Assembly (NCBI GenBank): GCA_946482065.1
Contig: CAMLQA010000003.1
Span: 21,947-85,946, forward strand
Direction of reading: 5' to 3'
DNA length: 64,000 nt
Source: an uncultured Dysgonomonas sp.
Lineage (GTDB): Bacteria; Bacteroidota; Bacteroidia; Bacteroidales; Dysgonomonadaceae
The position numbers and the translations under genes are program-made. Shown piece by piece: positions 28,593-38,617 of the stretch (the stretch's first letter is position 1; every line of letters starts with the position of its first letter). The notes under the pieces are model-generated. The model was given only the letters and a program-made list of their open reading frames with translations, was not told the DNA's origin and did no database searches.

Positions 28593-29243
28593 TTATAATA
28601 TACGAAATCCTAAAGAAGCATAAACACTTCTATTTTTTATATTTACTTCTCCACCTCTAATTACTTTTACCAAACCATGTTCATATCCAAGATTAAAAGT
28701 TACACGACTAATTTCAACACCCGCACTAACTGCAACTCCTGTATCAAAACGTCGGTAAACATTTTCAAATGTATTTGTTTTGTCTACTTCTTCCTCTATT
28801 ACACCACCAGTCATATAATCTATATAACCCTCTTTGTATTTAGCTTTTCCGCCAATACCATAACCAAAATACATACCTCCTGCAACATTTATAGAACCCA
28901 ACATAGGGATACCAAATTTATAACCTACCATTACAGGTACTTGTAAATATTGAGCTTTTATTTTTAGATTCTCATATATGTCTTCATCCCTATATTCTTG
29001 TTTCAGATTCTTTTCTGTTAAAGTAAGTCCTGTACGAGTAAAAAAGCCAAAACCCATTTTGAAATCTAATACAGCATCCGCACGATAGCTATATGCAGAT
29101 TTTAATTTTACACCATCTTCAACTGATGGTTTTGAGCGATTTAAGCCACCCCTTACTTCAAGTGAAAATGGTAATAACTGAGCTGAAGCCGGTAACATAC
29201 CTAAAATTAATACTAATGCGATAAATAATTTTTTACAATTCAT
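28593..29243 (-). CDS. Small outer-membrane beta-barrel protein (porin-family/OmpA-barrel-like)
   Basis: Signal peptide MNCKKLFIALVLILGMLPASAQ. Alternating beta pattern. C-terminal SLGFRIL. ATG at 29243 is preferred over the track start 29270. Confidence 0.6.
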   Translation of the reverse strand: MNCKKLFIALVLILGMLPASAQLLPFSLEVRGGLNRSKPSVEDGVKLKSAYSYRADAVLDFKMGFGFFTRTGLTLTEKNLKQEYRDEDIYENLKIKAQYLQVPVMVGYKFGIPMLGSINVAGGMYFGYGIGGKAKYKEGYIDYMTGGVIEEEVDKTNTFENVYRRFDTGVAVSAGVEISRVTFNLGYEHGLVKVIRGGEVNIKNRSVYASLGFRIL

Positions 29244-29869
29244 AATTTTAATATTTATTTTAATTTTCAAAATTAAAACAATTTTAATTAAAAATATGTA
29301 TTATTATTATAAAATTAATAAATTAAAATTTTAGTATCTAATTTTACCTATATCTTTATAAATCGAAAATGTTATCTACATTACGGTTCATATCGTATTT
29401 AATATGAAATATTATCATAGCTCTTTTCTATAATTATTTATATTGTTTTCTTATAATAATATAGAAGCACACTTATACAAGTTACCCCTCCAATACATTA
29501 CAATTATTGATGCGTATAAAGGAGTCGAATTATTAAAAAACCAGAAATAAGCAAATTAAAAAGAATTTGGATCATTAAGCCTAACAATGCATAGGTATTA
29601 TTATAGACGGAAATCGATTTATATATATTAATGCTTTTGATTTATCTACTTTTAATATTTTTCATGAATGGGAAAATATTTGGGCAAAAGACCCTATAAA
29701 AATGTATGATGGTAGAAATCTGTATTGGGGTGTAATGTATGATATTGTAAATGAAAGATTTTTAAAATTTTTCTTCAATAATAAAGACAAAATAACTTTC
29801 TAATAAAAAAGGAATCAATTCAAAAACATTAATTCCTTCGGACTATATTTTAATTACATATTTTAAATG

Positions 29870-30328
29870 CTACCTACATGGTATTTTATCAATACGTGCC
29901 TGATGTCTGCCACCTTCAAATTCAGTATTGAAGAAAAGTGAAAGTATATGACGAGCTTCTTCTTTAGCTATAATTCTTGCCGGTAGAGTGATAACATTAG
30001 CATTATTATGAGCCTTTGCGTAATATGCAATTTCACCAGTCCAGCATAAAGCAGAACGTACTTTTTGATGCTTGTTTAGAGTTATATTGATACCATTTCC
30101 TGTACCACACATAGCTATGCCAACTTCACATTCTCCGGATTCAATAGCATTTCCTAATTTATGAGCGAAATCAGGATAATCACAGCTTTCACTTGAATAT
30201 GCCCCATAATCCTTATAATCAACTCCTTCTTCTTCAAGTATAGAAATTATATAATTTTTCAATTCAAATCCTGCATGATCGCTGCATATGCCTATAGGCT
30301 TCTCTGTTTTTGGAAAAATCGTTTGCAT
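29870..30328 (-). CDS. rpiB: Ribose-5-phosphate isomerase B
   Basis: IGICSDHAGFELK and CGTGNGINITLNKH motifs. 152 aa. Confidence 0.9.
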   Translation of the reverse strand: MQTIFPKTEKPIGICSDHAGFELKNYIISILEEEGVDYKDYGAYSSESCDYPDFAHKLGNAIESGECEVGIAMCGTGNGINITLNKHQKVRSALCWTGEIAYYAKAHNNANVITLPARIIAKEEARHILSLFFNTEFEGGRHQARIDKIPCR

Positions 30329-30564
30329 ATTATGTTATTCTTAAAATTAATATCAAGTATATACCTTTTGAAATATTTAGTTTTTCATAGATAAAAATAA
30401 GAAAAAAATAGTATAGTTTAATTTTCCTTCCTACAAAATTAGAAAATAATATAAAACTTATAAGCATATTATTTATAAACCATAATTATACTTTTCAAAA
30501 TATAATATTCCTTTTTATCCGAAATTATCCATATTATTTGTAAAACAATCTAAGCATCCTTTTG

Positions 30565-30572
30565 TATCTTTG
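30565..30572 (+). promoter_or_regulatory. Candidate -7 box (TATCTTTG) upstream of rarA
   Basis: The TTG start used by the ORF track (30570) is part of this TAnnTTTG box, so the real start is probably the ATG at 30585 or 30591. Confidence 0.4.
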
Positions 30573-30584
30573 AATATAAAGAAT

Positions 30585-31859
30585 ATGATTATGAGCCAAC
30601 CATTAGCTGAACGTTTACGCCCCCGATCTTTAGACGAATATATAGGTCAAAAGCATCTTGTTGGCGAAGGCGCCATATTACGTAAAATGATAGAGTCGGG
30701 AAGGGTACCTTCTTTTATATTATGGGGACCTCCGGGAGTGGGAAAGACAACACTAGCTCAAATAATAGCCCATACCCTTGATACTCCTTTTTATACGCTA
30801 AGTGCGATTAATTCGGGTGTGAAAGATGTACGCGAAGTTATAGAACAAGCAAAGAAAAGTCAATTTTTTGGTACTGTCAGCCCTATTTTATTTATAGACG
30901 AAATTCATCGCTTTTCAAAATCGCAACAAGATTCTCTTTTAGGAGCAGTTGAAACGGGTGTTATAACGTTAATAGGCGCAACTACTGAAAACCCCTCGTT
31001 TGAGGTTATACGTCCTTTACTATCGCGTTGTCAGGTATATGTACTTAAATCTTTGGATAAGGCTGATTTGGAAGAGCTTATACAACGGGCTATTAAACAG
31101 GATAGTATTCTGAAAGAAAAAAAAATTGTTTTAGAAGAAACAAACGCATTATTAAGGTTTTCAGGGGGGGATGCTCGCAAATTATTGAATATATTAGATT
31201 TAGTGATTGAATCTGATACAAATAGTAAGATCATTATAAATGATAAAATAGTCACGGAACGTTTACAGGAAAATCCTGCCGCATATGACAAAGGTGGAGA
31301 AATGCATTATGACATTATATCCGCTTTTATAAAATCGATAAGAGGAAGCGATCCTGACGCAGCTATTTATTGGTTGGCAAGAATGGTTGAAGGCGGAGAA
31401 GATCCTAAATTCATAGCGAGGCGATTGGTTATATCTGCGGCTGAAGATATAGGATTGGCAAACCCAAACGCATTGCTTCTTGCTAATGCTTGTTTTGACG
31501 CCTTACAAAAGATCGGCTGGCCTGAGGGTCGGATTCTTTTAGCCGAAGCCACCATTTATTTGGCAACATCTCCTAAAAGCAATTCCGCATATTTATCTAT
31601 CGATAAAGCTATTTCATTAGTTAAGGAAACGGGGAACCTTCCTGTACCGCTTCATTTACGAAATGCTCCAACAAAATTAATGAAAGAACTTGATTATGGT
31701 AAGAACTATCAATATGCTCATAATTTTGAGAATAATTTTGTACAGCAAGAATATGTGCCTAAAGAAATAAAAAACAGCCAATTTTGGGAACCGCAACAAA
31801 ATGCAGCTGAAAATAAGATGCTGGAATATATGAAAAAATTGTGGAAAGACAAGTATTAA
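30585..31859 (+). CDS. rarA: Replication-associated recombination protein A (AAA+ ATPase RarA/MgsA)
   Basis: LAERLRPRSLDEYIGQKHL, Walker A GPPGVGKTTLA and MgsA C-terminal domain (AIYWLARM). Confidence 0.9.
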   Translation: MIMSQPLAERLRPRSLDEYIGQKHLVGEGAILRKMIESGRVPSFILWGPPGVGKTTLAQIIAHTLDTPFYTLSAINSGVKDVREVIEQAKKSQFFGTVSPILFIDEIHRFSKSQQDSLLGAVETGVITLIGATTENPSFEVIRPLLSRCQVYVLKSLDKADLEELIQRAIKQDSILKEKKIVLEETNALLRFSGGDARKLLNILDLVIESDTNSKIIINDKIVTERLQENPAAYDKGGEMHYDIISAFIKSIRGSDPDAAIYWLARMVEGGEDPKFIARRLVISAAEDIGLANPNALLLANACFDALQKIGWPEGRILLAEATIYLATSPKSNSAYLSIDKAISLVKETGNLPVPLHLRNAPTKLMKELDYGKNYQYAHNFENNFVQQEYVPKEIKNSQFWEPQQNAAENKMLEYMKKLWKDKY

Positions 31860-31980
31860 TAGATATGGTAAATTTAAACAAGTTCACATAATATTTTATA
31901 TCAGTAAGTAGTCATTTTAAAAGTTGTTAGTTCCGACGAAAACTGATAAAGTTTTATTTGATTACCTATAAATTTGAATG

Positions 31981-32760
31981 TTACAATTTACAACAATCGC
32001 AATCATCATGTTTTTCTAAAACTCGGTGTGGAAAATCGCCATGACCTACAATTTCAATAGGACAGGAATATGATTTTTCAAGCCAATCGGAAGTAATATT
32101 TGAACCGGAATGGTAATGCAACCCATTATTGACACAAGCTATATTTTTTACCATAGATATAACTGTACCAACATCATGTGAAACCATAATAATGGCAGTG
32201 TCTTGATTTATTTCTTCCAATAATTTATAAAAACTACTTTCAAAATGTTTATCTACATATGAATTGGGTTCATCCAAAATAAGTAAACTTGGGTGATCAA
32301 CAATCGCTCGACCAAGCAAAGCGCGTTGAAGCTGTCCTCCGGACAAGTTACCTATAGATTTATTAATCAATGCGGTTAAACCCATTCTCTCTGTAATTTC
32401 TCTAGCTCTTTCTTTTTGTTGGCTGGAATAAGAAGGGATCAATTTTTTTTCAAGAGTTATACCCGATAATATAACATCAAATACTGATATTGGAAATTTT
32501 TTATCTATTTGATTTAGCTGTGGCAGGTATCCTACATTTAGAAATGAACGTTTTTTCCCCTTTTCATAAAAAATTATTTCACCTTTAGATGGTTTTATTA
32601 AACCTAAAATAGTTTTCAATAAAGTTGTTTTACCTCCACCGTTAGGACCGATAATACCCAAGAAATCACAATCGAAAACATCAAGATTTATATTTTTCAA
32701 CACATTCGGATTATCTTTGTATCCGGCTGATACTCGTCTAATTTCCAATATTTTATTCAT
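31981..32760 (-). CDS. znuC: Metal (zinc-type) ABC transporter ATP-binding protein with Cys/His-rich C-terminal tail
   Basis: Walker A GPNGGGKTT, signature LSGGQLQR and Walker B LLILDEP. Tail reads HGDFPHRVLEKHDDCDCCKL. Confidence 0.75.
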   Translation of the reverse strand: MNKILEIRRVSAGYKDNPNVLKNINLDVFDCDFLGIIGPNGGGKTTLLKTILGLIKPSKGEIIFYEKGKKRSFLNVGYLPQLNQIDKKFPISVFDVILSGITLEKKLIPSYSSQQKERAREITERMGLTALINKSIGNLSGGQLQRALLGRAIVDHPSLLILDEPNSYVDKHFESSFYKLLEEINQDTAIIMVSHDVGTVISMVKNIACVNNGLHYHSGSNITSDWLEKSYSCPIEIVGHGDFPHRVLEKHDDCDCCKL

Positions 32761-33628
32761 GAGAAAATGCTTTTGCTATATTCAACATTTCTTCATTCCA
32801 ATTATAATTGAGTAGATTGATAGGTACCATATGAGCCTGAATTGATTTAGCTATTGTTTCCGCGCTTTTAATATCATACTCTTGTTGTATAAAAACAACT
32901 TTTATTTGTTTTTCTTTTGCAATATCTATAAGGTTAGCCAATTGTTTCGGCGTAGGATTTTTTCCGTCCTTTTCTATAACAAATTGGTTCAATCCGTATT
33001 CTTCGGCAAAATAACTAAGAGAAGGATGATAAATTATAAAATTTTTATTAGGGGCTATATCTAAATAGTCTTTGATCGTTGTATCTGTAGAATCTATAAT
33101 ACTTATTAGTTTATCATATCTTTTTTTGTAATAATCTTTATTCTTTTCATCGAAAGATATTAAAGAATTATACATATTCTGAATTATAACTTTTGCAGTA
33201 TTAGGCGAACTCCAAATGTGAGGATCGCCATCATGATGCGGCGATGTTTCGTCACCGTCATGATGGTGAGTTTCATCATGTAATCGAGAAATCCCAATGG
33301 AGCAATTCTCAAATAATATCTCAGGATTATTTTCTTTTATTTTTTCAACTATGATGTTTTCAATATTTAATGTTCCTAAAGTAAAAAAAATTTTGCTTTT
33401 GCTCACATTTATCAATTGAGACGGGGTTGGATCGAAAGTTTCAGGGTTCGCTCCTGCGGGGATAAGAGTTTTAACAGTAAATTTATCACCGACAAGTTGT
33501 TCCAAAAAATACCTTTGAGGTTCAATTGTGACAGACAAAATTTGATTCTCATCACTTGTTTTTTGGTTGTTGCATCCAAACAATAGTAATGAGATTAAAA
33601 CGAGAACTAATATAATGTTGTTTTTCAT
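32753..33628 (-). CDS. znuA: Metal ABC transporter substrate-binding lipoprotein (ZnuA-like) with His/Asp-rich loop
   Basis: Lipobox LLLFGC. Cluster A-I SBP pattern. Loop HDETHHHDGDETSPHHDGDPH, typical of Zn-specific ZnuA. Confidence 0.8.
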   Translation of the reverse strand: MKNNIILVLVLISLLLFGCNNQKTSDENQILSVTIEPQRYFLEQLVGDKFTVKTLIPAGANPETFDPTPSQLINVSKSKIFFTLGTLNIENIIVEKIKENNPEILFENCSIGISRLHDETHHHDGDETSPHHDGDPHIWSSPNTAKVIIQNMYNSLISFDEKNKDYYKKRYDKLISIIDSTDTTIKDYLDIAPNKNFIIYHPSLSYFAEEYGLNQFVIEKDGKNPTPKQLANLIDIAKEKQIKVVFIQQEYDIKSAETIAKSIQAHMVPINLLNYNWNEEMLNIAKAFSHE

Positions 33629-34287
33629 TTTTTATAATATACTTTTTCAGGCGTAATATTGTAAATCTTACGAATACGTTCTAATTCTTTTTCAAAATCA
33701 ATTTCCAAATCATGCAGTAAACCATCATCCAAATCGTATATCCATCCGGCTACACGCGGAAAACCATTTTTATAAAACCTACGTTGTACTTCCGCTGTCT
33801 TTATGACATTAAGACATTGTTCATATGTATTAATTTCAACAAAACGTTTATAGCGTAAATTTTCATCAAAAATTTTGTCCAATTCATCCTGATGCAAACG
33901 ATAAACATCGCGGATACATCGTAGCCAAGGACTAAGAATTCCATAATCCAAGTGCTGCATAGCTGCTTTAATGCCGCCACAATTGTAATGTCCACATACA
34001 ATGATATATTTTACATTCAAATATTCAACTGCGTAATTGATTACTGAAAGAACATTAAGATCAGTATTTATAACCATATTGGCTATATTTCGATGAACAA
34101 ATACTTGTCCGGGTTTCAATCCCATTATTTCATTGGCATGTACCCGACTATCAGAACAGCCAATGTATAAATAATCAGGACTTTGATTTTCAGCTAAATG
34201 TATAAAAAAATCAGGATCTTCATCTGTCCTTTCTTTTATCCATTTCTTATTAGCTTCGAATATTTCTTTATATAATCCTTGAACCAT
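33625..34287 (-). CDS. Beta-class carbonic anhydrase
   Basis: Zn ligand motifs CSDSR and GHYNCGG. 4-nt overlap with znuA. Confidence 0.9.
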   Translation of the reverse strand: MVQGLYKEIFEANKKWIKERTDEDPDFFIHLAENQSPDYLYIGCSDSRVHANEIMGLKPGQVFVHRNIANMVINTDLNVLSVINYAVEYLNVKYIIVCGHYNCGGIKAAMQHLDYGILSPWLRCIRDVYRLHQDELDKIFDENLRYKRFVEINTYEQCLNVIKTAEVQRRFYKNGFPRVAGWIYDLDDGLLHDLEIDFEKELERIRKIYNITPEKVYYKK

Positions 34288-34288
34288 T

Positions 34289-34909
34289 TTATTTCAATTC
34301 TTGATTCAATCGGGTTAAAGTTTCTAAAACTTGATCGATCAATGATTTTGTATCATCATTAACAATTACAAAGTCTGATAGTTTAATTCTTTCTTCATCA
34401 TCCATTTGAGATTTTATACGCTCTAATGCTTTTTCTCTACTGGAATTATCTCTTTTTATAATTCTATTTATACGTATTTCAAGTGGGGTATAAACTGTCA
34501 GTATTTTATTTGTAAGCTTATGAAAACCGGATTCAAACATTATAGCGGATTCATATGCGACTATATCATTTTCTTTATTATTCATTATCCATTCGCGTAA
34601 ATTATTCTTTACTTCAGGATGAATTAAAGCATTAACCTTTTGTAATTGTTTTTTATCATTAAAAATTATAGAAGCAAGTTTTATTTTATTCAATAATCCA
34701 TCATCATTGTATATATCTTTTCCATATAATTTGATAAGTTCTTTACGTATAACGGAAGAATTATTTGTTAATTTCTTACTTTCTAAATCCGCAATATAAA
34801 CAGGTATGCCCAAAATTAAAAGTAATTCTGATATTGTTGATTTGCCACTTCCAATCCCCCCTGTTATACCTAAGATTATCATTTTAAGATATATTTTATT
34901 CTTTTTCAA
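34289..34909 (-). CDS. coaE: Dephospho-CoA kinase
   Basis: LGITGGIGSGKST P-loop. A possible internal start at 34882 would remove the overlap with the upstream gene. Confidence 0.88.
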   Translation of the reverse strand: MKKNKIYLKMIILGITGGIGSGKSTISELLLILGIPVYIADLESKKLTNNSSVIRKELIKLYGKDIYNDDGLLNKIKLASIIFNDKKQLQKVNALIHPEVKNNLREWIMNNKENDIVAYESAIMFESGFHKLTNKILTVYTPLEIRINRIIKRDNSSREKALERIKSQMDDEERIKLSDFVIVNDDTKSLIDQVLETLTRLNQELK

Positions 34910-35891
34910 TTATATACTCAACCTGTTTTGGTTCAATAGATTGAATAATAACATAATCCGGATTTTGGGTCAATTGTGGAGAGATCGAAGAGTTATTCTG
35001 GGTTACAATATCATTATAATCAACATTTATACCAAATTTTTCTTCTGTTGCTTCTTGATATCTTTTTAGTCCAACGGTAAATATAACTTTAGCAGTAGAA
35101 GGAAAAAATTTCACACTTAATCCTTTTGGTACATTTGAACATATTATTGGAATTGCTACTTCTTTAACATTAAATTGATCGATAGGTACATTCAGCCTTA
35201 TTGAATCCGGCGTGTATTTAACTATTTTCGTTTTATTTTCAATAGCTATAGGAATAGATGCGCTGTGAGTTAAACCAAATATTGTATCATCGACTGTATT
35301 CGCGAAAAATATAGTGTCTAAAACTTTTTTTGAAGAATAAACAGTTACATCTTCAGGTTCAAACGTAATATCACCATCAATTATATAACCTTGTTGCGGT
35401 TCTATTTTACCGTTAAACTTTACTGGTACTTTTTTATGCTGCATTACGACAAAAGGGCTTGATATATAAGATGGGGAGTAACTTATTAGCTCCGTACCGC
35501 CAAATAGTTTTTCTCGTATAAGCAGAACGAGATTTTCGCCTTGTATATTTAATTTTGTCGAATTTCGTTTATTATTGACCAATTCTCTTACATTTATTTC
35601 GATACTATCATTTTTTTTTGTGAGTAAATATCTAAATAAAACAGAACCGTCATCTCTAATAATCGCATTAATTGAAGAAGGTAAATCTTCTTCAAAAAAT
35701 ATACTGTCAGGTATATTAGTATATTTAATAGGTATATTAAAATTTGCTTCAAACTTTTCTCTATAAATCTGCATTATCCAGAAAAATATTGAGAGAAGAA
35801 GGAATGCAAAAAAAGTCAGACATTTTTTCCAAGTAATATTTCTGAAAAAAAAACTGACTTCTTGTTTTATTTTACTTTTAGTATTGTCCAT
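34896..35891 (-). CDS. YbbR-like domain membrane-anchored protein
   Basis: N-terminal TM helix followed by repeated beta-rich YbbR-like modules. Its position between yajC and coaE is as I recall for Bacteroides. Confidence 0.55.
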   Translation of the reverse strand: MDNTKSKIKQEVSFFFRNITWKKCLTFFAFLLLSIFFWIMQIYREKFEANFNIPIKYTNIPDSIFFEEDLPSSINAIIRDDGSVLFRYLLTKKNDSIEINVRELVNNKRNSTKLNIQGENLVLLIREKLFGGTELISYSPSYISSPFVVMQHKKVPVKFNGKIEPQQGYIIDGDITFEPEDVTVYSSKKVLDTIFFANTVDDTIFGLTHSASIPIAIENKTKIVKYTPDSIRLNVPIDQFNVKEVAIPIICSNVPKGLSVKFFPSTAKVIFTVGLKRYQEATEEKFGINVDYNDIVTQNNSSISPQLTQNPDYVIIQSIEPKQVEYIIEKE

Positions 35892-35925
35892 AAGACATAC
35901 TAGTTAAAAGGATTTATCAACATTG

Positions 35926-36279
35926 TTATTTTTGTTGAGCGTCTCCGGCTTGAGCTTCTGGAGAAGCATATACAGAAGTTTTTTCAACTTTAATTTTTAC
36001 ACCTTCTGCTATTTCAATTACAAAATATGTCTCTCCTACATCTTTTACTTTACCGTGTAAGCCTCCGGCTGTAACTATTTTGTCTCCAGTTTTAATCGCA
36101 TTACGAGCTTCTTGAAGAGCTTTTTGTTTTTTCTGTTGTGGACGAATCATAAAAAAGTACATAATGGCAAATAATACTACCATCATAACTATCATACCCA
36201 TAGAACCATCCAAAAAACCTTTTTGAGGAGCTTCTTCAGTAGCAGCCTCAGTAGCTTGCAACAAAGTCAATAAATTCAT
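35926..36279 (-). CDS. yajC: Preprotein translocase subunit YajC
   Basis: MYFFMIRPQQKKQKALQEARNAIKTGDKIVTAGGLHGKV is the canonical YajC core. Confidence 0.88.
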   Translation of the reverse strand: MNLLTLLQATEAATEEAPQKGFLDGSMGMIVMMVVLFAIMYFFMIRPQQKKQKALQEARNAIKTGDKIVTAGGLHGKVKDVGETYFVIEIAEGVKIKVEKTSVYASPEAQAGDAQQK

Positions 36280-36397
36280 AAATAAATATTTATTTTATAG
36301 TTTCAATTATTTCTTAGAAATTTTATTTTTCTGATTACTCTACAAATATACGAGAATTTTTGAATAGCTTATATATTACAAATTGGCTTTATTCTTA

Positions 36398-37324
36398 TTA
36401 ATTCTTAATTATCGTATTTTTTCTTTTAAGTTCTTTTACAATAGCATCTAATATACCGTTTATGAAAGAAGCACTTTTGTTGGTACTATATGCTTTAGCA
36501 ATATTGATATATTCATTCATTGTCACGCTGGTAGGTATAGATTCGAAATTAACAATTTCGGCTATAGCTATTTGCATGATTACCATATCCATGACGGCAA
36601 TACGTTCAGATTCCCAATTTTGGGTATATTGATTAATAAGCTCACGATATTCGACGCTATTAAGCAACGATTCGCGAATAAGTTTTATAGCAAATTCTCG
36701 ATCCGTCTCATCTTTAAACATCGGCAAAAGCTCCTGTTCATCGCTAAGTTCGGGATCAAATCTCTTAATTGTTTTCAAAACGAAAGAAATTACTATATCT
36801 ATATCATCATTCCAAAAAAGGCTTTCGTCTTCTAAAAGATTGTAAAGATCTTCACTTTGGGTTATAATCTGCTTAAAGATTTTCCGCCAAAATTCTCTAT
36901 CGATATCATAGTTATACTCTTTTGTGCTTTGATATTCTTTATAAATATCAGAAACTAAAATATTATCAAGGAGAGTTCGTAAATAATTTTCATGATTGCT
37001 CCATGAAAACGGTCTATCCAAGATATACTTTTGTAATTGTTTATTATCTCTCAATTGAGAGATAAATTCATTATTTAACAAGCGTGTATTTGGATTAACA
37101 TCTTCTTCTGACGGAAGCAATTTTGACTTACGAAGATTTACCCGATAATTATAGGCATCTGTGAGTTCTACCATTAATAATAATAAATAATGGTATAAAT
37201 CATAAGATTTTTGCAAACTAAACATCAGATCATTTTCGGCCTTTCTTAGGTCTCTAACTTCACTTTCATAACAGGAATACAAAATTTGTACTGCTTTGAT
37301 ACGGATAAGAACGCGATTTATCAT
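36398..37324 (-). CDS. nusB: Transcription antitermination factor NusB (long Bacteroidota form)
   Basis: C-terminal NusB fold motifs (ERIAVMDMVIMQIAIAEI...NEYINIAKAYSTNKSASFINGILD). Confidence 0.8.
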   Translation of the reverse strand: MINRVLIRIKAVQILYSCYESEVRDLRKAENDLMFSLQKSYDLYHYLLLLMVELTDAYNYRVNLRKSKLLPSEEDVNPNTRLLNNEFISQLRDNKQLQKYILDRPFSWSNHENYLRTLLDNILVSDIYKEYQSTKEYNYDIDREFWRKIFKQIITQSEDLYNLLEDESLFWNDDIDIVISFVLKTIKRFDPELSDEQELLPMFKDETDREFAIKLIRESLLNSVEYRELINQYTQNWESERIAVMDMVIMQIAIAEIVNFESIPTSVTMNEYINIAKAYSTNKSASFINGILDAIVKELKRKNTIIKN

Positions 37325-37907
37325 TTTCTAATATCGAAAATTAAATATTTTGACTACAAAAATAGATATTTTTATTATAAATCACCAAAGGTTGACATGA
37401 TAAAGCACTAAATTATTATGGTAAAATCTGATAATCAAGAATATAAATCGACACCTTATCAATTTGTCTTAATTTTTATCTAACTCGGTCAAGATAATAA
37501 ATTCCCGATATTGTAGCCGACGTTAAATCAAAATCCATGAATACTTTATCAATAGTGTTGAACCCTATATAAGGCCAATAAGTATAGCTGAACTTTCCTC
37601 GAAAAACAAGATAACACTTGCCCAATGAATTTTGGTAATTATCATTTAAAAATGAAGGAACAAAAATATCGACTTGGTTTGAAGACTTTTAATAAAATAT
37701 TATACCATTACTTGTAGCGTATATGTAATTTCGATATAATTAACTATTTATTCGATTGATTAACAATAAATCAAATCTAACCGGTTGTTTTATAATTAAT
37801 ATCTTTCTTTTAATCGCATAAACACGCCATCGGTCAAAAGAATAATATTCCTTGAATCTCAGCAAACGATAAAAGTTGTATCTTTACAACGATATTTAAA
37901 ATATAGG

Positions 37908-38603
37908 ATGAAAAAGATAACAATCGCCATTGATGGCTTTTCTTCATGCGGCAAAAGTACCATGGCTAAAAGTTTGGCAAGAGCAATAGAATACATTTAC
38001 ATAGATAGTGGAGCCATGTATCGAGCTGTAACACTATTTTGCTTACAAAATAACCTGTTTGATGGTGAAAAGTTAAATATAGATAGTTTAGAAAAAATTA
38101 TTGGCGATATAAGAATTAATTTTCGATTAAATCATGAATCGGGTCTTCCAGATACATATCTTAATGATACAAATGTAGAAAAAGAAATACGGTCGATGGA
38201 AGTTTCTTCAAAAGTAAGTATTGTCAGCGCTGTTAACTTTGTACGCAAAGCAATGGTTTCGATACAAAAAGAACTTGGAAAAGCAAAAGGTATAGTTATG
38301 GATGGACGTGACATTGGTACAGTCGTATTTCCTAATGCAGAATTGAAAATATTTGTAACAGCTCAACCTAAAATTAGAGCTCAGCGACGATTGGATGAAC
38401 TCAGAAGCAAAGGTGACAATGTTACATCCTTTGAGCAGGTATTAAAAAATTTAGAAGAAAGAGATCATTTAGATCAAACAAGAAAGGAGAGTCCACTAAA
38501 AAAAGCTGATGACGCAATTATTCTTGATAATTCTTTCATAACTATAGACCAACAAATGCAATGGTTACTCGACAGGTTTAATGAAGTAATTCATTCCTCA
38601 TAA
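37908..38603 (+). CDS. cmk: Cytidylate kinase
   Basis: [17 protein letters not shown]-loop and GAMYRAVT. Confidence 0.9.
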   Translation: MKKITIAIDGFSSCGKSTMAKSLARAIEYIYIDSGAMYRAVTLFCLQNNLFDGEKLNIDSLEKIIGDIRINFRLNHESGLPDTYLNDTNVEKEIRSMEVSSKVSIVSAVNFVRKAMVSIQKELGKAKGIVMDGRDIGTVVFPNAELKIFVTAQPKIRAQRRLDELRSKGDNVTSFEQVLKNLEERDHLDQTRKESPLKKADDAIILDNSFITIDQQMQWLLDRFNEVIHSS

Positions 38604-38617
38604 CTAAAAATAAAATT

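Noticed and set aside
31164-31170. G7 run inside rarA (TCA GGG GGG GAT) as a possible slippage site.
   Set aside because: It encodes the conserved SGGDAR motif of RarA. It is short, and the gene is a housekeeping one with no rationale for phase variation.
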